Of a DNA stretch of 64,000 nucleotides, positions 19,299-30,573 are shown one piece after another. The position numbers and the translations under genes were made by a program. Source of the DNA: a virus. The notes under the pieces were generated by a model, which saw only the letters and a list, made by a program, of their open reading frames with translations, made no database searches and was not told the origin of the DNA. Position 1 is the first letter of the stretch; every line of letters starts with the position of its first letter. The stretch is from positions 1 to 64,000 of IMG/VR virus record IMGVR_UViG_3300021389_000005. One strand, written 5' to 3'.

Positions 19299-21131
19299 AT
19301 GGCAGAGTTAAAATTTATAAGTACATTAAGAGCAACCGCAAGGCAGGTCAGAGACGATGCTAGAGTTTATGTTTCTAGGGTTTATGGACGAGCAGGTACA
19401 TTATTTACTGATGCATCGCCGTTTGCTCAAATTATATCTGTAATAACTGAGATTCAAGAATTAATATTATTTTATCTTGAAGATGCATTGGTTGAACAGA
19501 ACATATATACAGCTCAACATCCAGAATCTATTTATGGTATGAGTAGACTCACAGGTCATGACTCTACTAGAGGTTTTGCAGCTACAGGTGAAATTGAATT
19601 TAGATGGAAACCAGGTGTTGATTTTGATAAAATTTCAGGAGCTGGAATTACAATAGACAATAGAGCTGAATTAAAATTCGACCTTAACGGGTTAACATAT
19701 ACGTTGTTGACCAACAAAGACAGATTTAGATTAGAAAAAAGTAACAATAAAATTATTAGTACCGCAATTATTCAGGGTAAATTTGAAACACAAACTTTCA
19801 CAGGAGATGGCGAACCTTTACAATCTTTTAACGCACAGACAAAGGGATTAACTGATCATAGCAAAATAAGTGTTAGCGTTAACGGTGAATTATGGACAAA
19901 GCAGGAATCTCTTTATGATTTACAAAGAGATGAAAAAGGTTACCTTATTAAAACAGGTATTTCAGGTGGATTAGATGTTTATTTTGGAAACACTGCGTTT
20001 GGTATGGCGCCTCCACAAGGTTCTAAAATAGAACTAGAGTACGTCACACATGATGGTAAGAAAGGAAACTTAGATGATTCAAATGATTTAACATTAAAGT
20101 GGCAAGCAACAGGTGAAGATTCTTTAGGTACATCACATGATTTAAATAATTTCTTAGACATAACTGTTACATCTTCTCCTAAAATGGGAACAGATAAAGA
20201 ATCTACTCAATTTACAAAGATCATGACTCCTCTTGCTAGTAAGTCATTCGTGTTGGCAACTCCAGATAATTATGAATACTTCTTATCAAGATATGGTATA
20301 TTTTCTTATTTGGATGCTTATAACACAACAGATGATCAATATCTAGATGATGATAACGTGATTTATATTTTTGCAATTCCAGATGTTAGAAAGAAGTTAG
20401 CTAAAAACCAAGATTATTTTTCTATTCCACAAGAAGAAATGTTTTTCGATGATAATGAATATGAAAAAATGTCTAAGGTATTACAAGATAGTGGACAGCA
20501 AATGGTAACTACCGAAGTTGTTTTTGTTAAACCTAAGATTAGAAAATATAGCATGGATGTTAACATTAGATTTTTTGAAGGTTTTACAAAAGATGAATTA
20601 ACTAGTGCAATTAGATCTAAAATAGATGAATACTTATTGAATGTAACTAGAAGAGATAAGTTGCCAAAATCAGATATAATTTACATATTAGAAGAGATTG
20701 AAGGCATCGATGCTGTTAATGTTAGGTTTATTTCTGAAACAGAAGAAACAGCAAGAAGATTAGGTTACTTTGAATCTAAAACAATTTCTGTTGTACCACA
20801 AGATCCTGTAACTTTAGAAAATGTTGGAAACGGAAAACAAAAATATGTGTTCTTTAAAAGAATAGAAGAAGTTTCAACAGTAACAGTAGATGAAACAACA
20901 ATTATACCTGAAACCGTAGTTGGTTTAGATAGATGGGGTGATATTATTATGGAAAAAGAAGAGGTTGCAGTATTTAGAGGTGGATGGCAAGATAGAGACG
21001 GAGATGAAATTGTAGACGATGTTTTAATTAACGCAGAAGCTGCATTAAGTATTAATTTCGAAGGTGATCCAGTTCCTAGAACAATATACACTAGACTACA
21101 GGCTGGTGATAGAAAAGCATTAAAGAAATAA
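19299..21131 (+). CDS. gp6: Baseplate wedge protein gp6-like (baseplate J family)
   Basis: EQNIYTAQ...SIYGMSRLTGH, VYFGN.AFG..PP.GS.I..EY, GTDKES motifs. Confidence 0.8.
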   Translation: MAELKFISTLRATARQVRDDARVYVSRVYGRAGTLFTDASPFAQIISVITEIQELILFYLEDALVEQNIYTAQHPESIYGMSRLTGHDSTRGFAATGEIEFRWKPGVDFDKISGAGITIDNRAELKFDLNGLTYTLLTNKDRFRLEKSNNKIISTAIIQGKFETQTFTGDGEPLQSFNAQTKGLTDHSKISVSVNGELWTKQESLYDLQRDEKGYLIKTGISGGLDVYFGNTAFGMAPPQGSKIELEYVTHDGKKGNLDDSNDLTLKWQATGEDSLGTSHDLNNFLDITVTSSPKMGTDKESTQFTKIMTPLASKSFVLATPDNYEYFLSRYGIFSYLDAYNTTDDQYLDDDNVIYIFAIPDVRKKLAKNQDYFSIPQEEMFFDDNEYEKMSKVLQDSGQQMVTTEVVFVKPKIRKYSMDVNIRFFEGFTKDELTSAIRSKIDEYLLNVTRRDKLPKSDIIYILEEIEGIDAVNVRFISETEETARRLGYFESKTISVVPQDPVTLENVGNGKQKYVFFKRIEEVSTVTVDETTIIPETVVGLDRWGDIIMEKEEVAVFRGGWQDRDGDEIVDDVLINAEAALSINFEGDPVPRTIYTRLQAGDRKALKK

Positions 21132-21137
21132 TAAGCC

Positions 21138-21410
21138 ATGAATTTATTTAAAGACTTACTAAAATATAATAAGACCAAAGTATATGATGTTGCTAAAACA
21201 AGGCATGACAATAGGCTTAATACAGGTAATCAGTACATGAATGAAAGTTTTATATCTAAGATGCTTTCAAAACACATAATTAGAAATACTATCTTAAGAG
21301 AATTCTTATATTTTATAGATGATTATTTATTTGTATTAATAAGAGGTGTTAGAGTATTTAAAGGTTACAAGAATTATACTGTAAAAAAAGATGATAAATT
21401 TATTAGATAA
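21138..21410 (+). CDS. Hypothetical baseplate-associated protein
   Basis: 90 aa, coupled to the next gene. Confidence 0.55.
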   Translation: MNLFKDLLKYNKTKVYDVAKTRHDNRLNTGNQYMNESFISKMLSKHIIRNTILREFLYFIDDYLFVLIRGVRVFKGYKNYTVKKDDKFIR

Positions 21411-24160
21411 TGTATAATAATTTAAGATTTTTTAACGGATTAGAAAATGATCTAAATTTACTACAAGATGCAAACGGTGTTTGGACAGGTAGTCTTTATT
21501 TAGATGAAGTTTCTGTTCAGTTATATGAAACAGTTAATCTTTTCGTATTAGAAGAGTGTAAACATTTGGGTGATTTAGTAGCTAATGCGCCAGTTGCAGA
21601 AACTAGCGACGCGACTAAATTTATTTTTAGATGGCAAAAAGATATGTTAGGAATGTCGGACGACATTATAATGTATAGTACTAAATTATCAGAAGGTAAA
21701 ATACTTGTTGATAATAAAACTTCAGTTGAGTTTGACATAGAAGATAACTCTATTATAGATTCTACTGATGTTAATGGCATAAAGGAATTGTCAGTTGCAA
21801 ATCAAGTTGCATTACAGGTTAATCTAGCATTAAGCTCTAAAATAGACGGTCCACATCAAAGAACACTTTACATGTACCAATCTATTGCAGGTGTAGAAAC
21901 TGTTATTGCAAAGATAAACATATATGGTGAAGTTATTGCAGAAGATGAAAGACTTAGTATTTTATTATCTAATTTTGGTGCAACACTAGATGTTGGAGAT
22001 TTTATGTTGTTTAAAACGCATGACATCAGTGAAATGTCTCCAGATTTTAAACTACTTAATAAGAAGCGTAAAGAACTACTCCTAGAGTTACATAACATTA
22101 AGCCATTTGTAGGAACATATAAAGCTATATTGAATGCTATAGATTTCTTTGGCTATGACAGGATCACTCTAAAGGAATACTGGCTTAACGTTGATAAATC
22201 AGCAGAAAGCTTCGGTAAAATGTATGCAGTTCCAGTACCTAACGCATCTAAGCGTGGGGAAATGATTCGTAAAAGATTAAAGTTTAATGTTCCTAGTAGT
22301 ACAATTAAGAAAACTAGCAGGTTTAGTTTAGTGTATAGGATTAACGAACCTGATGGGACATTTGATCATTGGGATATTCCTAATGTACAAGAGGTATTTG
22401 ATTTTACACCCGAAGAAGTTTTAATAAAACTATACGGACTTAAGAATAGATTGCAAAAAGATTTCTTACCATTAAATGCTAAGATAATTGACATAACAGG
22501 GGAAGGTGACTATTTTGCTCAGAAAAATCTAAATGCTTGGAATATTCAAAATGGCGTAGGTTTCTTTACAGAAGGTCATAACATAAAATTCGAAGCTCAT
22601 CCAAAAGACAGGCCTATATTTATAGAAGATACTTCAATGGTTCTTAAAAGTCACTTAGATCAAAACGACGACACTTCTAATTACAATACTTTACTAAATA
22701 TAGAATATGGAAACGAAGACACTCTTACACAGGGTGAAAGAGAAGATTTAATATCTGCACATTCTAAATTTTATCAAAATTACTACGATACTGAATTACA
22801 TTCATATAATCAGAATATTCCTATCGGCGCTCCAATTACATTAGACGGTACATTAACATTTGATGATATTTGGTCTGAAGCTAATTTTACATGGGAAGAT
22901 GCAGTAGATGCTAACGAAAACCTTAAAGTTACTTGGGATAATTGGTGGAAAAGATGGGTTTATGAAATAGAATGGATTATAACTAACAAAGACCAAGGAT
23001 ATGATCAAACATTTAGAGGTCCAATCGATAACTTTTTAGTATTTCCTATTACATTGCCATTTGTTGGTCAGTACTCTGTTGAAATGAGAACATATGATCT
23101 TTTTGGACATAGATCACATTTTAGAATGGATGACTTAATTAATATAAGACTAAAAGATTTAGAATTATATGGCATATACAAGTGGAAAGAAATTACTGAT
23201 TGGAATTCTAAGAAATTAGATTGGTCAAAATCAGGTGGTTATTGGGATTTTCCTCAAGATAATTTAACTAAAGTAGAAGACGATATAGCTACTTTATATT
23301 TAACGTTAGATAGAGCAAATTATGTGCACAGAGAAGATGATCAAGGTGTTAGATTCTCAACAGTACAAAGATTTGTTGATGTTTATTCAGAAATAGGATT
23401 TAGTGAAAATACTGGACCCTACACATATGATGAATCTACATTTAGATGGAAAGACACAGATCATTTATGGTGGAATGCAATGAGAGTTGGAACAGATTTA
23501 TCTGCCAGCTTTAAAATAAATGACATCTCGCAAGGAGAAACTTTACAAATTACACACACTGATCAAAAAGGTCAATCTTTTGTAGGAACACATGTAATAA
23601 CATCTCCAACACCAACTAGTACTTCTGATATATTTGCATGGAATGCTATAGCTGAAGAATTAAATAACAGTGAAGATTTTGTTATAAATAAATTTAATTT
23701 TAATCCAGTATTAGAAGATGTTGACGGTATTGATCCACTAGAGAGCGATATCTTTAGATTTATTATAGCAACTGGTGAAGAATATTCATATACTTATGAT
23801 TTTTCTGATGTTAGAATAATTAGTGGAAATTTAGGAAGCACATCTAGTGTTAGTGGTGAAAATCACGTAGTACACTATAATCCAACATGGGACGATACTA
23901 AAATATTTAAAGATTATGCTGAGGTTGAAAGATCTACGCACGTGACTATTTCTACTGACATTTCTAAGTTCCCCGGAGCGAAGAATGCAAAGTGGACTAT
24001 TCAGAATATAAGTAATCCAGAAATCACTGATATATACTATAATAATATGTGGTTGACTTACATATTCAAGGAACCTGGATATTACTCCATATCTCTTGAA
24101 GCAGAAGACACATATGGAAACAAAAACGTTGTAAAACGCAATATGCTAAAAGTAAAATAA
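21410..24160 (+). CDS. Baseplate protein (gp7-like) with PKD-like C-terminus
   Basis: VGTYKAILNAIDFFGY...LKEYW gp7/P2-I-like motif; YIFKEPGYYSISLEAED PKD-like end. Confidence 0.55.
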   Translation: MYNNLRFFNGLENDLNLLQDANGVWTGSLYLDEVSVQLYETVNLFVLEECKHLGDLVANAPVAETSDATKFIFRWQKDMLGMSDDIIMYSTKLSEGKILVDNKTSVEFDIEDNSIIDSTDVNGIKELSVANQVALQVNLALSSKIDGPHQRTLYMYQSIAGVETVIAKINIYGEVIAEDERLSILLSNFGATLDVGDFMLFKTHDISEMSPDFKLLNKKRKELLLELHNIKPFVGTYKAILNAIDFFGYDRITLKEYWLNVDKSAESFGKMYAVPVPNASKRGEMIRKRLKFNVPSSTIKKTSRFSLVYRINEPDGTFDHWDIPNVQEVFDFTPEEVLIKLYGLKNRLQKDFLPLNAKIIDITGEGDYFAQKNLNAWNIQNGVGFFTEGHNIKFEAHPKDRPIFIEDTSMVLKSHLDQNDDTSNYNTLLNIEYGNEDTLTQGEREDLISAHSKFYQNYYDTELHSYNQNIPIGAPITLDGTLTFDDIWSEANFTWEDAVDANENLKVTWDNWWKRWVYEIEWIITNKDQGYDQTFRGPIDNFLVFPITLPFVGQYSVEMRTYDLFGHRSHFRMDDLINIRLKDLELYGIYKWKEITDWNSKKLDWSKSGGYWDFPQDNLTKVEDDIATLYLTLDRANYVHREDDQGVRFSTVQRFVDVYSEIGFSENTGPYTYDESTFRWKDTDHLWWNAMRVGTDLSASFKINDISQGETLQITHTDQKGQSFVGTHVITSPTPTSTSDIFAWNAIAEELNNSEDFVINKFNFNPVLEDVDGIDPLESDIFRFIIATGEEYSYTYDFSDVRIISGNLGSTSSVSGENHVVHYNPTWDDTKIFKDYAEVERSTHVTISTDISKFPGAKNAKWTIQNISNPEITDIYYNNMWLTYIFKEPGYYSISLEAEDTYGNKNVVKRNMLKVK

Positions 24161-24169
24161 ATAAATAAA

Positions 24170-24730
24170 ATGGCAAACATTACAGAAATCTTAGGAACTG
24201 ACTCGGTATCATCATCGAGACCAACTATTAATAATAACTTTGAGTTATTAAACGATGAGTTAGCTAGTGTAACTGCTCTGTTAAACCCGACAACTTCGGT
24301 TTTAAGTGGAGTAACTAACATTACTACTTCAGCTATTACAGTTTTGCAAAACAATTTAACGTTATTCCAAGTTAATTCAAATGGTGGAACAGTAGGAACA
24401 GACTTTACATTCAACAATGCTATCACAGCCTCTGGCAAAGTGATATTTAGCGGTGTTGTAGGTTCTGCTTCAACTGCCACGACAATCGCTGCACCGACAA
24501 CGCTTGAAAAATCGACATACTTCGTGGATGCTGATTTTACAATGCCTGCTGCAGTCGATGGTCATGAAGTTATGATTATCGCGACAGCGGCATCTACTCT
24601 TTTAGTAGCTGCAGGTGTTTCTTTAGGAGCGACTTCAATTGCACTTGATGGACTTAACTCAACGATTACATTAAGATGTTTTGGAAATACTTGGTACGTA
24701 GTTAGCTCACATAAAGCAACTATCGTTTAA
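24170..24730 (+). CDS. Structural/short fibre-like protein
   Basis: TDSVSSSRPTINNNFELL fibre-type N-terminal motif, also seen at the start of 38723; Thr/Ala-rich. Confidence 0.5.
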   Translation: MANITEILGTDSVSSSRPTINNNFELLNDELASVTALLNPTTSVLSGVTNITTSAITVLQNNLTLFQVNSNGGTVGTDFTFNNAITASGKVIFSGVVGSASTATTIAAPTTLEKSTYFVDADFTMPAAVDGHEVMIIATAASTLLVAAGVSLGATSIALDGLNSTITLRCFGNTWYVVSSHKATIV

Positions 24731-24750
24731 TAAACAAAATTAATAAATAA

Positions 24751-26688
24751 ATGGCGACTCCTTTAGTTAGAATACCTCAACCGCAAGGCGGCACAATGTA
24801 TGCATTCGCATCGGCTGCGAGAGACATAACTAGGGCCTTTAATAATCCTGATCTAAAATTTGAATTTAGCAAGTATGCATTACTTGACTTACCGGATTTT
24901 ACACAATCAGTAAATGGTTCTAATGTTATTGACTATGAACTTGGCTTAAAACAAGCCTCAGGTCAATCTTATGTTGCATCGATGCCAAATGTCGATTTCG
25001 CACAAACCTTTCAAAATTATGCTCTTAACTTAGAAGAACTTCTTTTAAGAGATGATGACTACGATCCGATTATTTTACAATCAGATGCAGAAAAGGTATT
25101 CTTTAAATGGATGTCTAAATTGGGAGCTGTAGATTTTAGACCAACTGACTCTAACGAGAGTGTTAACGGTTTATATGCAGAGAATGATAATGCCATATTA
25201 GGTGGTGGTAATTACGAAAAACTAGTTAAGTATCTTGGTACTATTGACGCAGAGAACGATGTAACTTATTCTGATAACACATATCATGAAGTTTATGTTA
25301 ACGTTCCAACATCAGTAGGTTATACACCATTGGTATTGTTTAGACCAACAAACTATAACACAACTGCTACTAAATTGTATGCAGAAGATTATATTGAAGG
25401 TAGAGCAGGCCAATCACACCCAGATCCAAATATTAATATTGATTCAATTGTTGATGAATATAATGCTGAAAGTGGACCGTATTATGATATACAAACTAAT
25501 GCAACCAATTCTGTACAAATTGAATTTAACGCTGGAAGCTACGCTGCAATAGAGCAAGATCCAGACACAACTTCTATTTTAGAATATTCTAAAAAAGGAC
25601 AAGACTTTAGATTTAATGCAATATTAATTTATTATGATCTTTATAGTGAATCAGTGCCAGCTAATAGAGCTACTAATTTATATGGAGTTTTAATTTTAGA
25701 TGATATCAAAGATGCATTCGGCCCAGGTACAAAGATACATGAACAAATTAAGTATAAACCAAATGAAGTTACTGGACTTAACGGTAACGCATACTCATTA
25801 AAATTAAATTTAAAGTTTAATTCTTCTCTAGATAATGTAGGTGTTGAAACTTCTATTAATGATTTTACAACGTTCTCTATGGATTTATTCATGGACACCA
25901 CTACGGCTCTTGAAAATGCAACGCAATTGCTTTTAGAGGCTAATACTAGATATTTAGGGATTAATACAAGATTATATGATTTAGAATCTATAGTTTTAAG
26001 TTCTAATGACAGTGAGGATATTGTTAATAGAATAGCCGCAGTAGAATCTGATTTAGAGAATGCATCTATTCAGTTACAAGATTCTAAATCTTTATTAGAT
26101 TTAATAACTAAGGCACATGATAAGATCAATAGACTGGTCGACGGAACAATCCCAGTAGAATTACAATATAATACAGATGTTATCTTTAACGGTAAAGGTA
26201 CAGCCGTAGATAAAACTATTGAGAATAAAATAAAGATTAATAATACAGTTTATGGATATTCTTTAGGCGAAGCTTGGTTGTACAACATGGCAGCTGAATC
26301 ATTGGCTTTAAAATTAGATGCAACTAATCAATTTAACGCAAATGTCTCTGGCTCAGGTGCAGATAAATTTGCGATTTGGTCAAAGCTACAAGAATATACT
26401 AATAGATTAAGTTTAAAGAATCTATTTTCATCGGATCCTAATAATGATCTGAATATATACATTGACGATAGTTCTATTTCATGGAAAGTTGGTCAAACAT
26501 ATAAGATAGCGTTCGACACGATTGACATGCAAGGTAACAATATTAAAATCTATTCTGATAAAGTTAATAGATTTGATAAACTGATTGCTGAAATAGACGT
26601 TAGTCTACATTTAACAAATAAACCATATATTGAGATAGTATGTGTAGATCCTGCAACCTATCTCTTTGAAGCAGATATTTTAAGATAA
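24751..26688 (+). CDS. Large virion structural protein
   Basis: 645 aa in the tail block; FNAILIYYDLY...TNLYGVL; coiled-coil segment. Confidence 0.55.
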   Translation: MATPLVRIPQPQGGTMYAFASAARDITRAFNNPDLKFEFSKYALLDLPDFTQSVNGSNVIDYELGLKQASGQSYVASMPNVDFAQTFQNYALNLEELLLRDDDYDPIILQSDAEKVFFKWMSKLGAVDFRPTDSNESVNGLYAENDNAILGGGNYEKLVKYLGTIDAENDVTYSDNTYHEVYVNVPTSVGYTPLVLFRPTNYNTTATKLYAEDYIEGRAGQSHPDPNINIDSIVDEYNAESGPYYDIQTNATNSVQIEFNAGSYAAIEQDPDTTSILEYSKKGQDFRFNAILIYYDLYSESVPANRATNLYGVLILDDIKDAFGPGTKIHEQIKYKPNEVTGLNGNAYSLKLNLKFNSSLDNVGVETSINDFTTFSMDLFMDTTTALENATQLLLEANTRYLGINTRLYDLESIVLSSNDSEDIVNRIAAVESDLENASIQLQDSKSLLDLITKAHDKINRLVDGTIPVELQYNTDVIFNGKGTAVDKTIENKIKINNTVYGYSLGEAWLYNMAAESLALKLDATNQFNANVSGSGADKFAIWSKLQEYTNRLSLKNLFSSDPNNDLNIYIDDSSISWKVGQTYKIAFDTIDMQGNNIKIYSDKVNRFDKLIAEIDVSLHLTNKPYIEIVCVDPATYLFEADILR

Positions 26689-26689
26689 T

Positions 26690-29600
26690 ATGAATACTAA
26701 CAACTCACTTTCTAACACGCTCAAGAAGCTTCTTGAAATCAATGCTAACTCTTTAAAAATATATGAAAGAGTTAACGAAGCGGTAACTACTGAAAAGAAG
26801 GATATTCCTTTGGAAATCTTAGCACCAGATGGTACAACTACTACGGTTTATGTACCTGCATTTGGTTATATGAAACGTGAGCTAGAAAGATTAGACACTA
26901 ATCTTAAGGCACTTACAGGTTTAGGTAAAGGTAATACTAAAATAAAATTACCTGATGGTAGTTTTCAAAGTATTATTACTTCAGCCTTAAAAACGCCAGC
27001 AAACGATATTACAAGCGTAATTAGACCTGAGCGTTTTGCTACTAAAAGTAATTACTTCTTCGAAGATTTCTTAAATCCATTACTAACAACATCTTTAGAT
27101 ATTTCTGGACAGGTTCCAGAAGATACTGAAAGAGTGTTGATCAAAAGAATTATTTTTGATTCTACTAATGAAAATACAGTAGATTACTTTAAAAGTAATT
27201 TTAAAAACTTAGAAAATCTAGACTATTTTACAGTTATTAGAGACGTTGTAAATAACAACTTATCATATGTTGTTGATGAGGAAGTTAGAGATTTACCTTT
27301 TAGAAATAGTCAATATGCAGGTAAATTCGATATTACTTCTATTGATACAATGAAAAAGGATGTCGTTGTTAATGGCGTTACTAAAAAGAAATCAGTTAAA
27401 TTAATAACTGTTGATAAATTAACTTATTCTGACAACGGTAAAGATTTAGACGATACTGAACTTCTTAAAACTGGCGATGAGTTAATGCTTAACAACGGTA
27501 ACAAGAATACTAGATTTAAGATTTCAAAAATAGACGGCTCTACAAGACAATTAGAATTAGAACTAGTAGAAGGATATGAGGCACTTAAAATAGGAGCGGA
27601 TTCATTATCTATTTACAAATACACTAGAAACGGACTATCTGTTCAAGTTAACTGTGGATTCAACGAAAGAGTTTTAGTATTTATTAAAGCTATTGATCCA
27701 GATTCTAACATGTTGGCAGAAAAATGGTCACCTGGTATTGGTTTATATACTAATGAATTAACTCTTCTACAAGAAGATGGAACATTTATTAGATTAGATG
27801 ATTATTACAAAGAAAACGTTGCCGATTTCGGTCAATATATTAAAGCGCTTAAAGACGATGCTATCCCTCCAGCGACAATAGGTGTTACACCTGATGCTCC
27901 AACTCTGGATAACAGTAACTTTAAGGTTGTACAAATTAACAGACACCTGACTAAGAATGACGCATCTGATAAGATCAAGAAGTTTTCGGCAGATAAAACA
28001 TCAGTTGAAGAAACTATCAAGAAATTAGATGATACTATTTCTAAGAAAAGAACTGAAATCTCAACTAAAAAGTATGAGTCTGAAGTCCAAAGAGATAAAG
28101 ATAAAAGTGAGCTTAACTCATTAATAGATGAGAGAGCTAGTGAAACTAAACTTTACAATAGTTTAGTAAATCAAATTCAATCGTTGGCTTCAAGCACCAA
28201 TGCTACTAACATTACGCCTAAGTTTAGAGTTAGAGGTTTTTGGGCAGTGCCAGCTCCTAAAAAAGTTGCAGACACTGTTCCACAGAATGTTGTACAGTTT
28301 TCTGTTCAATACAGATACTTGTCAACCAATGGTAAATCAAGTGAGGTTTCACAGTTACCATTTACAGACGGTACTAGAGAAAAAACTGCAGTATTCTCAA
28401 ATTGGAATGAAATTAAAACTAAAGTTAGACCAAGAGGTAGAATAAAACCTACTGCTAGCAACTTGTCACAAAGAATTAGACCAATGAAATTCGAGTGGAA
28501 GGAATCATTGGTTGAAGATGCACAAGAAATTAATTTTAATCAATTAGATATTGCTATTAATCAAAACGAATTAGTTGAAATTAGAGTAAGATCTATCTCG
28601 GAAGCTGGTTATCCTGCCAACCCAATTTATTCTGATTGGTCAGAGCCAATAACTATTGATTTCCCAGAGGCTGAAATAGACACAACTGATTTAGATGGTT
28701 TAATTGAGAAAAATTTAGCTGAAGTTGCTTCTGTTAAAATATCTGAAGAATTAACTTCTAAAGGAGTATTTACACACGTTGAAGAAAGCTTTGTTGCTAA
28801 TGAAAAGCTATATGCACATAATGCAACATCAATTGCATCAGGATTCTTATCAGCAGAACAAAAACCTATTTCAGTATTTGATAAACTAATTGCATTAGAA
28901 TCTGAAATTGCAGCTCTTAAAGAGGGTATCGAAGCCGAAGTTGGTGAATTAGTAGTTACACTAAGATCAGAAGATGGTACAGTATCAGTTATTCAGAATA
29001 ATACAGTTAATCAAATATTCGCTGGATATTATGTTGATGAAGTTGCTGAACTTTCAATCAAAAAAGGTCACATTGTTACTAAGACATTTAAACTATTATT
29101 AGAAAATACTAAGGCGACTCAATTAGAATTAGTTGCAAGATTAACTGGAGATAGAGCAAAACCAGTTTACAAATCATCAGGCGCAGGTTCACAAGAACAT
29201 GGTCTTGGATTTGGAGTTCAGTTAAATGATCAAGAAACTACAAGTATCGATACTAAAGTTGCTTCTGATACTTATTATACAACGCAAGGTAAATATGATT
29301 TAGCACCAATACAATATCAAAATGTCTCTCCATCTGCAATTGCTAATGTAGAAGATTTATTATTATCTGCACCATATCAATCTGCACAAAGAAGAGGGCA
29401 ATTTATCTACAATAGATACATGGATGTTGCAAATCAAAATCCGCTGTATATCACTGAGTCTTTAATAGACGGTGCTGCTGCGAGTTTAACTAATTATGAA
29501 TATACATTAAGCTATGCTGCATTTGAAGATAGTAACATGCCTGTTGGTAGTGGTATTAGTTTAAACCAACCTACTGGTGATGGAACAACAAACGACTTTA

Positions 29601-30490
29601 TTTGGACAGGTACATTCGGTGTAGCACAAGGAGTGTCAAACCTAAACATGGACTTTGGTGCAAATATGGTAGATGTATGTTCTGTTGGAACAATAGGTGC
29701 AGCAGCATATAACACTGGTCTTTATATGCATAAAGATCATCCCGATTTAGAGAACTTATATTCTGATTGGTCACCTAACGGATATTCTGAAGCTGATCAA
29801 AAAGAGTCATTACAACTTCTTGTAAATCAAGCGACAAACACAATGCCAATACCTGCTACATTTGTATCTGGTAAATCATTTAGATCTATTGGTGCATTTG
29901 GAGCCAACTTTATTAACATTAACAATGTTAAAGCTAAACAGCAATTAGGGTTCCAAGACACTAAGGACAGCCAGATTATAGCATCTGGAGACAGAACATT
30001 TAAAATGTCGTTTGATTCTAATGATCAATTCTTATTAGGTGGAAGATCATGTGGATCTTTCTTATTTATGTCTCCTATTAATTTAAATACTTTATCGGTT
30101 GATGGAGAAACTAAACAATCTAGAAAATCTATTAAAGGTAGAGATAAATCAGGTTTGGATAATTCGAATGCACTTACAGTAGATGTTGTATTCCAATACA
30201 GAATGACTGATTACTTTGGAAATGACCCAGAATCTGATAGAGGAAGAATTGGTGGACAAGCTAAATTAACTTTCCCTAATTTAACATATACTAAAAAGAT
30301 TGGTTTCGATATCTTTGACAAATACGATCAGCAATTTACATTTGATTTAGAAATATTTGCTAAGTACAGTGCAAAAGGTAAAAACTTAAACTCAATAAGA
30401 GCTGCCCAACTAGTTAGAAACGTACCAAGCTTCTCTGCACCTGCAGTTGATAGAAGAATGTACAACTTTAAAGGTTATTCCGTAAGATAA
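26690..30490 (+). CDS. Large virion structural protein with central coiled coil
   Basis: 1266 aa uninterrupted ORF in the tail block. Confidence 0.6.
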   Translation: MNTNNSLSNTLKKLLEINANSLKIYERVNEAVTTEKKDIPLEILAPDGTTTTVYVPAFGYMKRELERLDTNLKALTGLGKGNTKIKLPDGSFQSIITSALKTPANDITSVIRPERFATKSNYFFEDFLNPLLTTSLDISGQVPEDTERVLIKRIIFDSTNENTVDYFKSNFKNLENLDYFTVIRDVVNNNLSYVVDEEVRDLPFRNSQYAGKFDITSIDTMKKDVVVNGVTKKKSVKLITVDKLTYSDNGKDLDDTELLKTGDELMLNNGNKNTRFKISKIDGSTRQLELELVEGYEALKIGADSLSIYKYTRNGLSVQVNCGFNERVLVFIKAIDPDSNMLAEKWSPGIGLYTNELTLLQEDGTFIRLDDYYKENVADFGQYIKALKDDAIPPATIGVTPDAPTLDNSNFKVVQINRHLTKNDASDKIKKFSADKTSVEETIKKLDDTISKKRTEISTKKYESEVQRDKDKSELNSLIDERASETKLYNSLVNQIQSLASSTNATNITPKFRVRGFWAVPAPKKVADTVPQNVVQFSVQYRYLSTNGKSSEVSQLPFTDGTREKTAVFSNWNEIKTKVRPRGRIKPTASNLSQRIRPMKFEWKESLVEDAQEINFNQLDIAINQNELVEIRVRSISEAGYPANPIYSDWSEPITIDFPEAEIDTTDLDGLIEKNLAEVASVKISEELTSKGVFTHVEESFVANEKLYAHNATSIASGFLSAEQKPISVFDKLIALESEIAALKEGIEAEVGELVVTLRSEDGTVSVIQNNTVNQIFAGYYVDEVAELSIKKGHIVTKTFKLLLENTKATQLELVARLTGDRAKPVYKSSGAGSQEHGLGFGVQLNDQETTSIDTKVASDTYYTTQGKYDLAPIQYQNVSPSAIANVEDLLLSAPYQSAQRRGQFIYNRYMDVANQNPLYITESLIDGAAASLTNYEYTLSYAAFEDSNMPVGSGISLNQPTGDGTTNDFIWTGTFGVAQGVSNLNMDFGANMVDVCSVGTIGAAAYNTGLYMHKDHPDLENLYSDWSPNGYSEADQKESLQLLVNQATNTMPIPATFVSGKSFRSIGAFGANFININNVKAKQQLGFQDTKDSQIIASGDRTFKMSFDSNDQFLLGGRSCGSFLFMSPINLNTLSVDGETKQSRKSIKGRDKSGLDNSNALTVDVVFQYRMTDYFGNDPESDRGRIGGQAKLTFPNLTYTKKIGFDIFDKYDQQFTFDLEIFAKYSAKGKNLNSIRAAQLVRNVPSFSAPAVDRRMYNFKGYSVR

Positions 30491-30517
30491 TATGGAAAAG
30501 CTACTGTTATTGTGTTA

Positions 30518-30525
30518 GATATATA
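30518..30525 (+). promoter_or_regulatory. Putative late promoter GATATATA
   Basis: Upstream of the 2715-aa gene. Confidence 0.6.
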
Positions 30526-30573
30526 ATAGAGAAAGTAGTTAGTACTCTATTAATAAAACAAGTAACACGATAA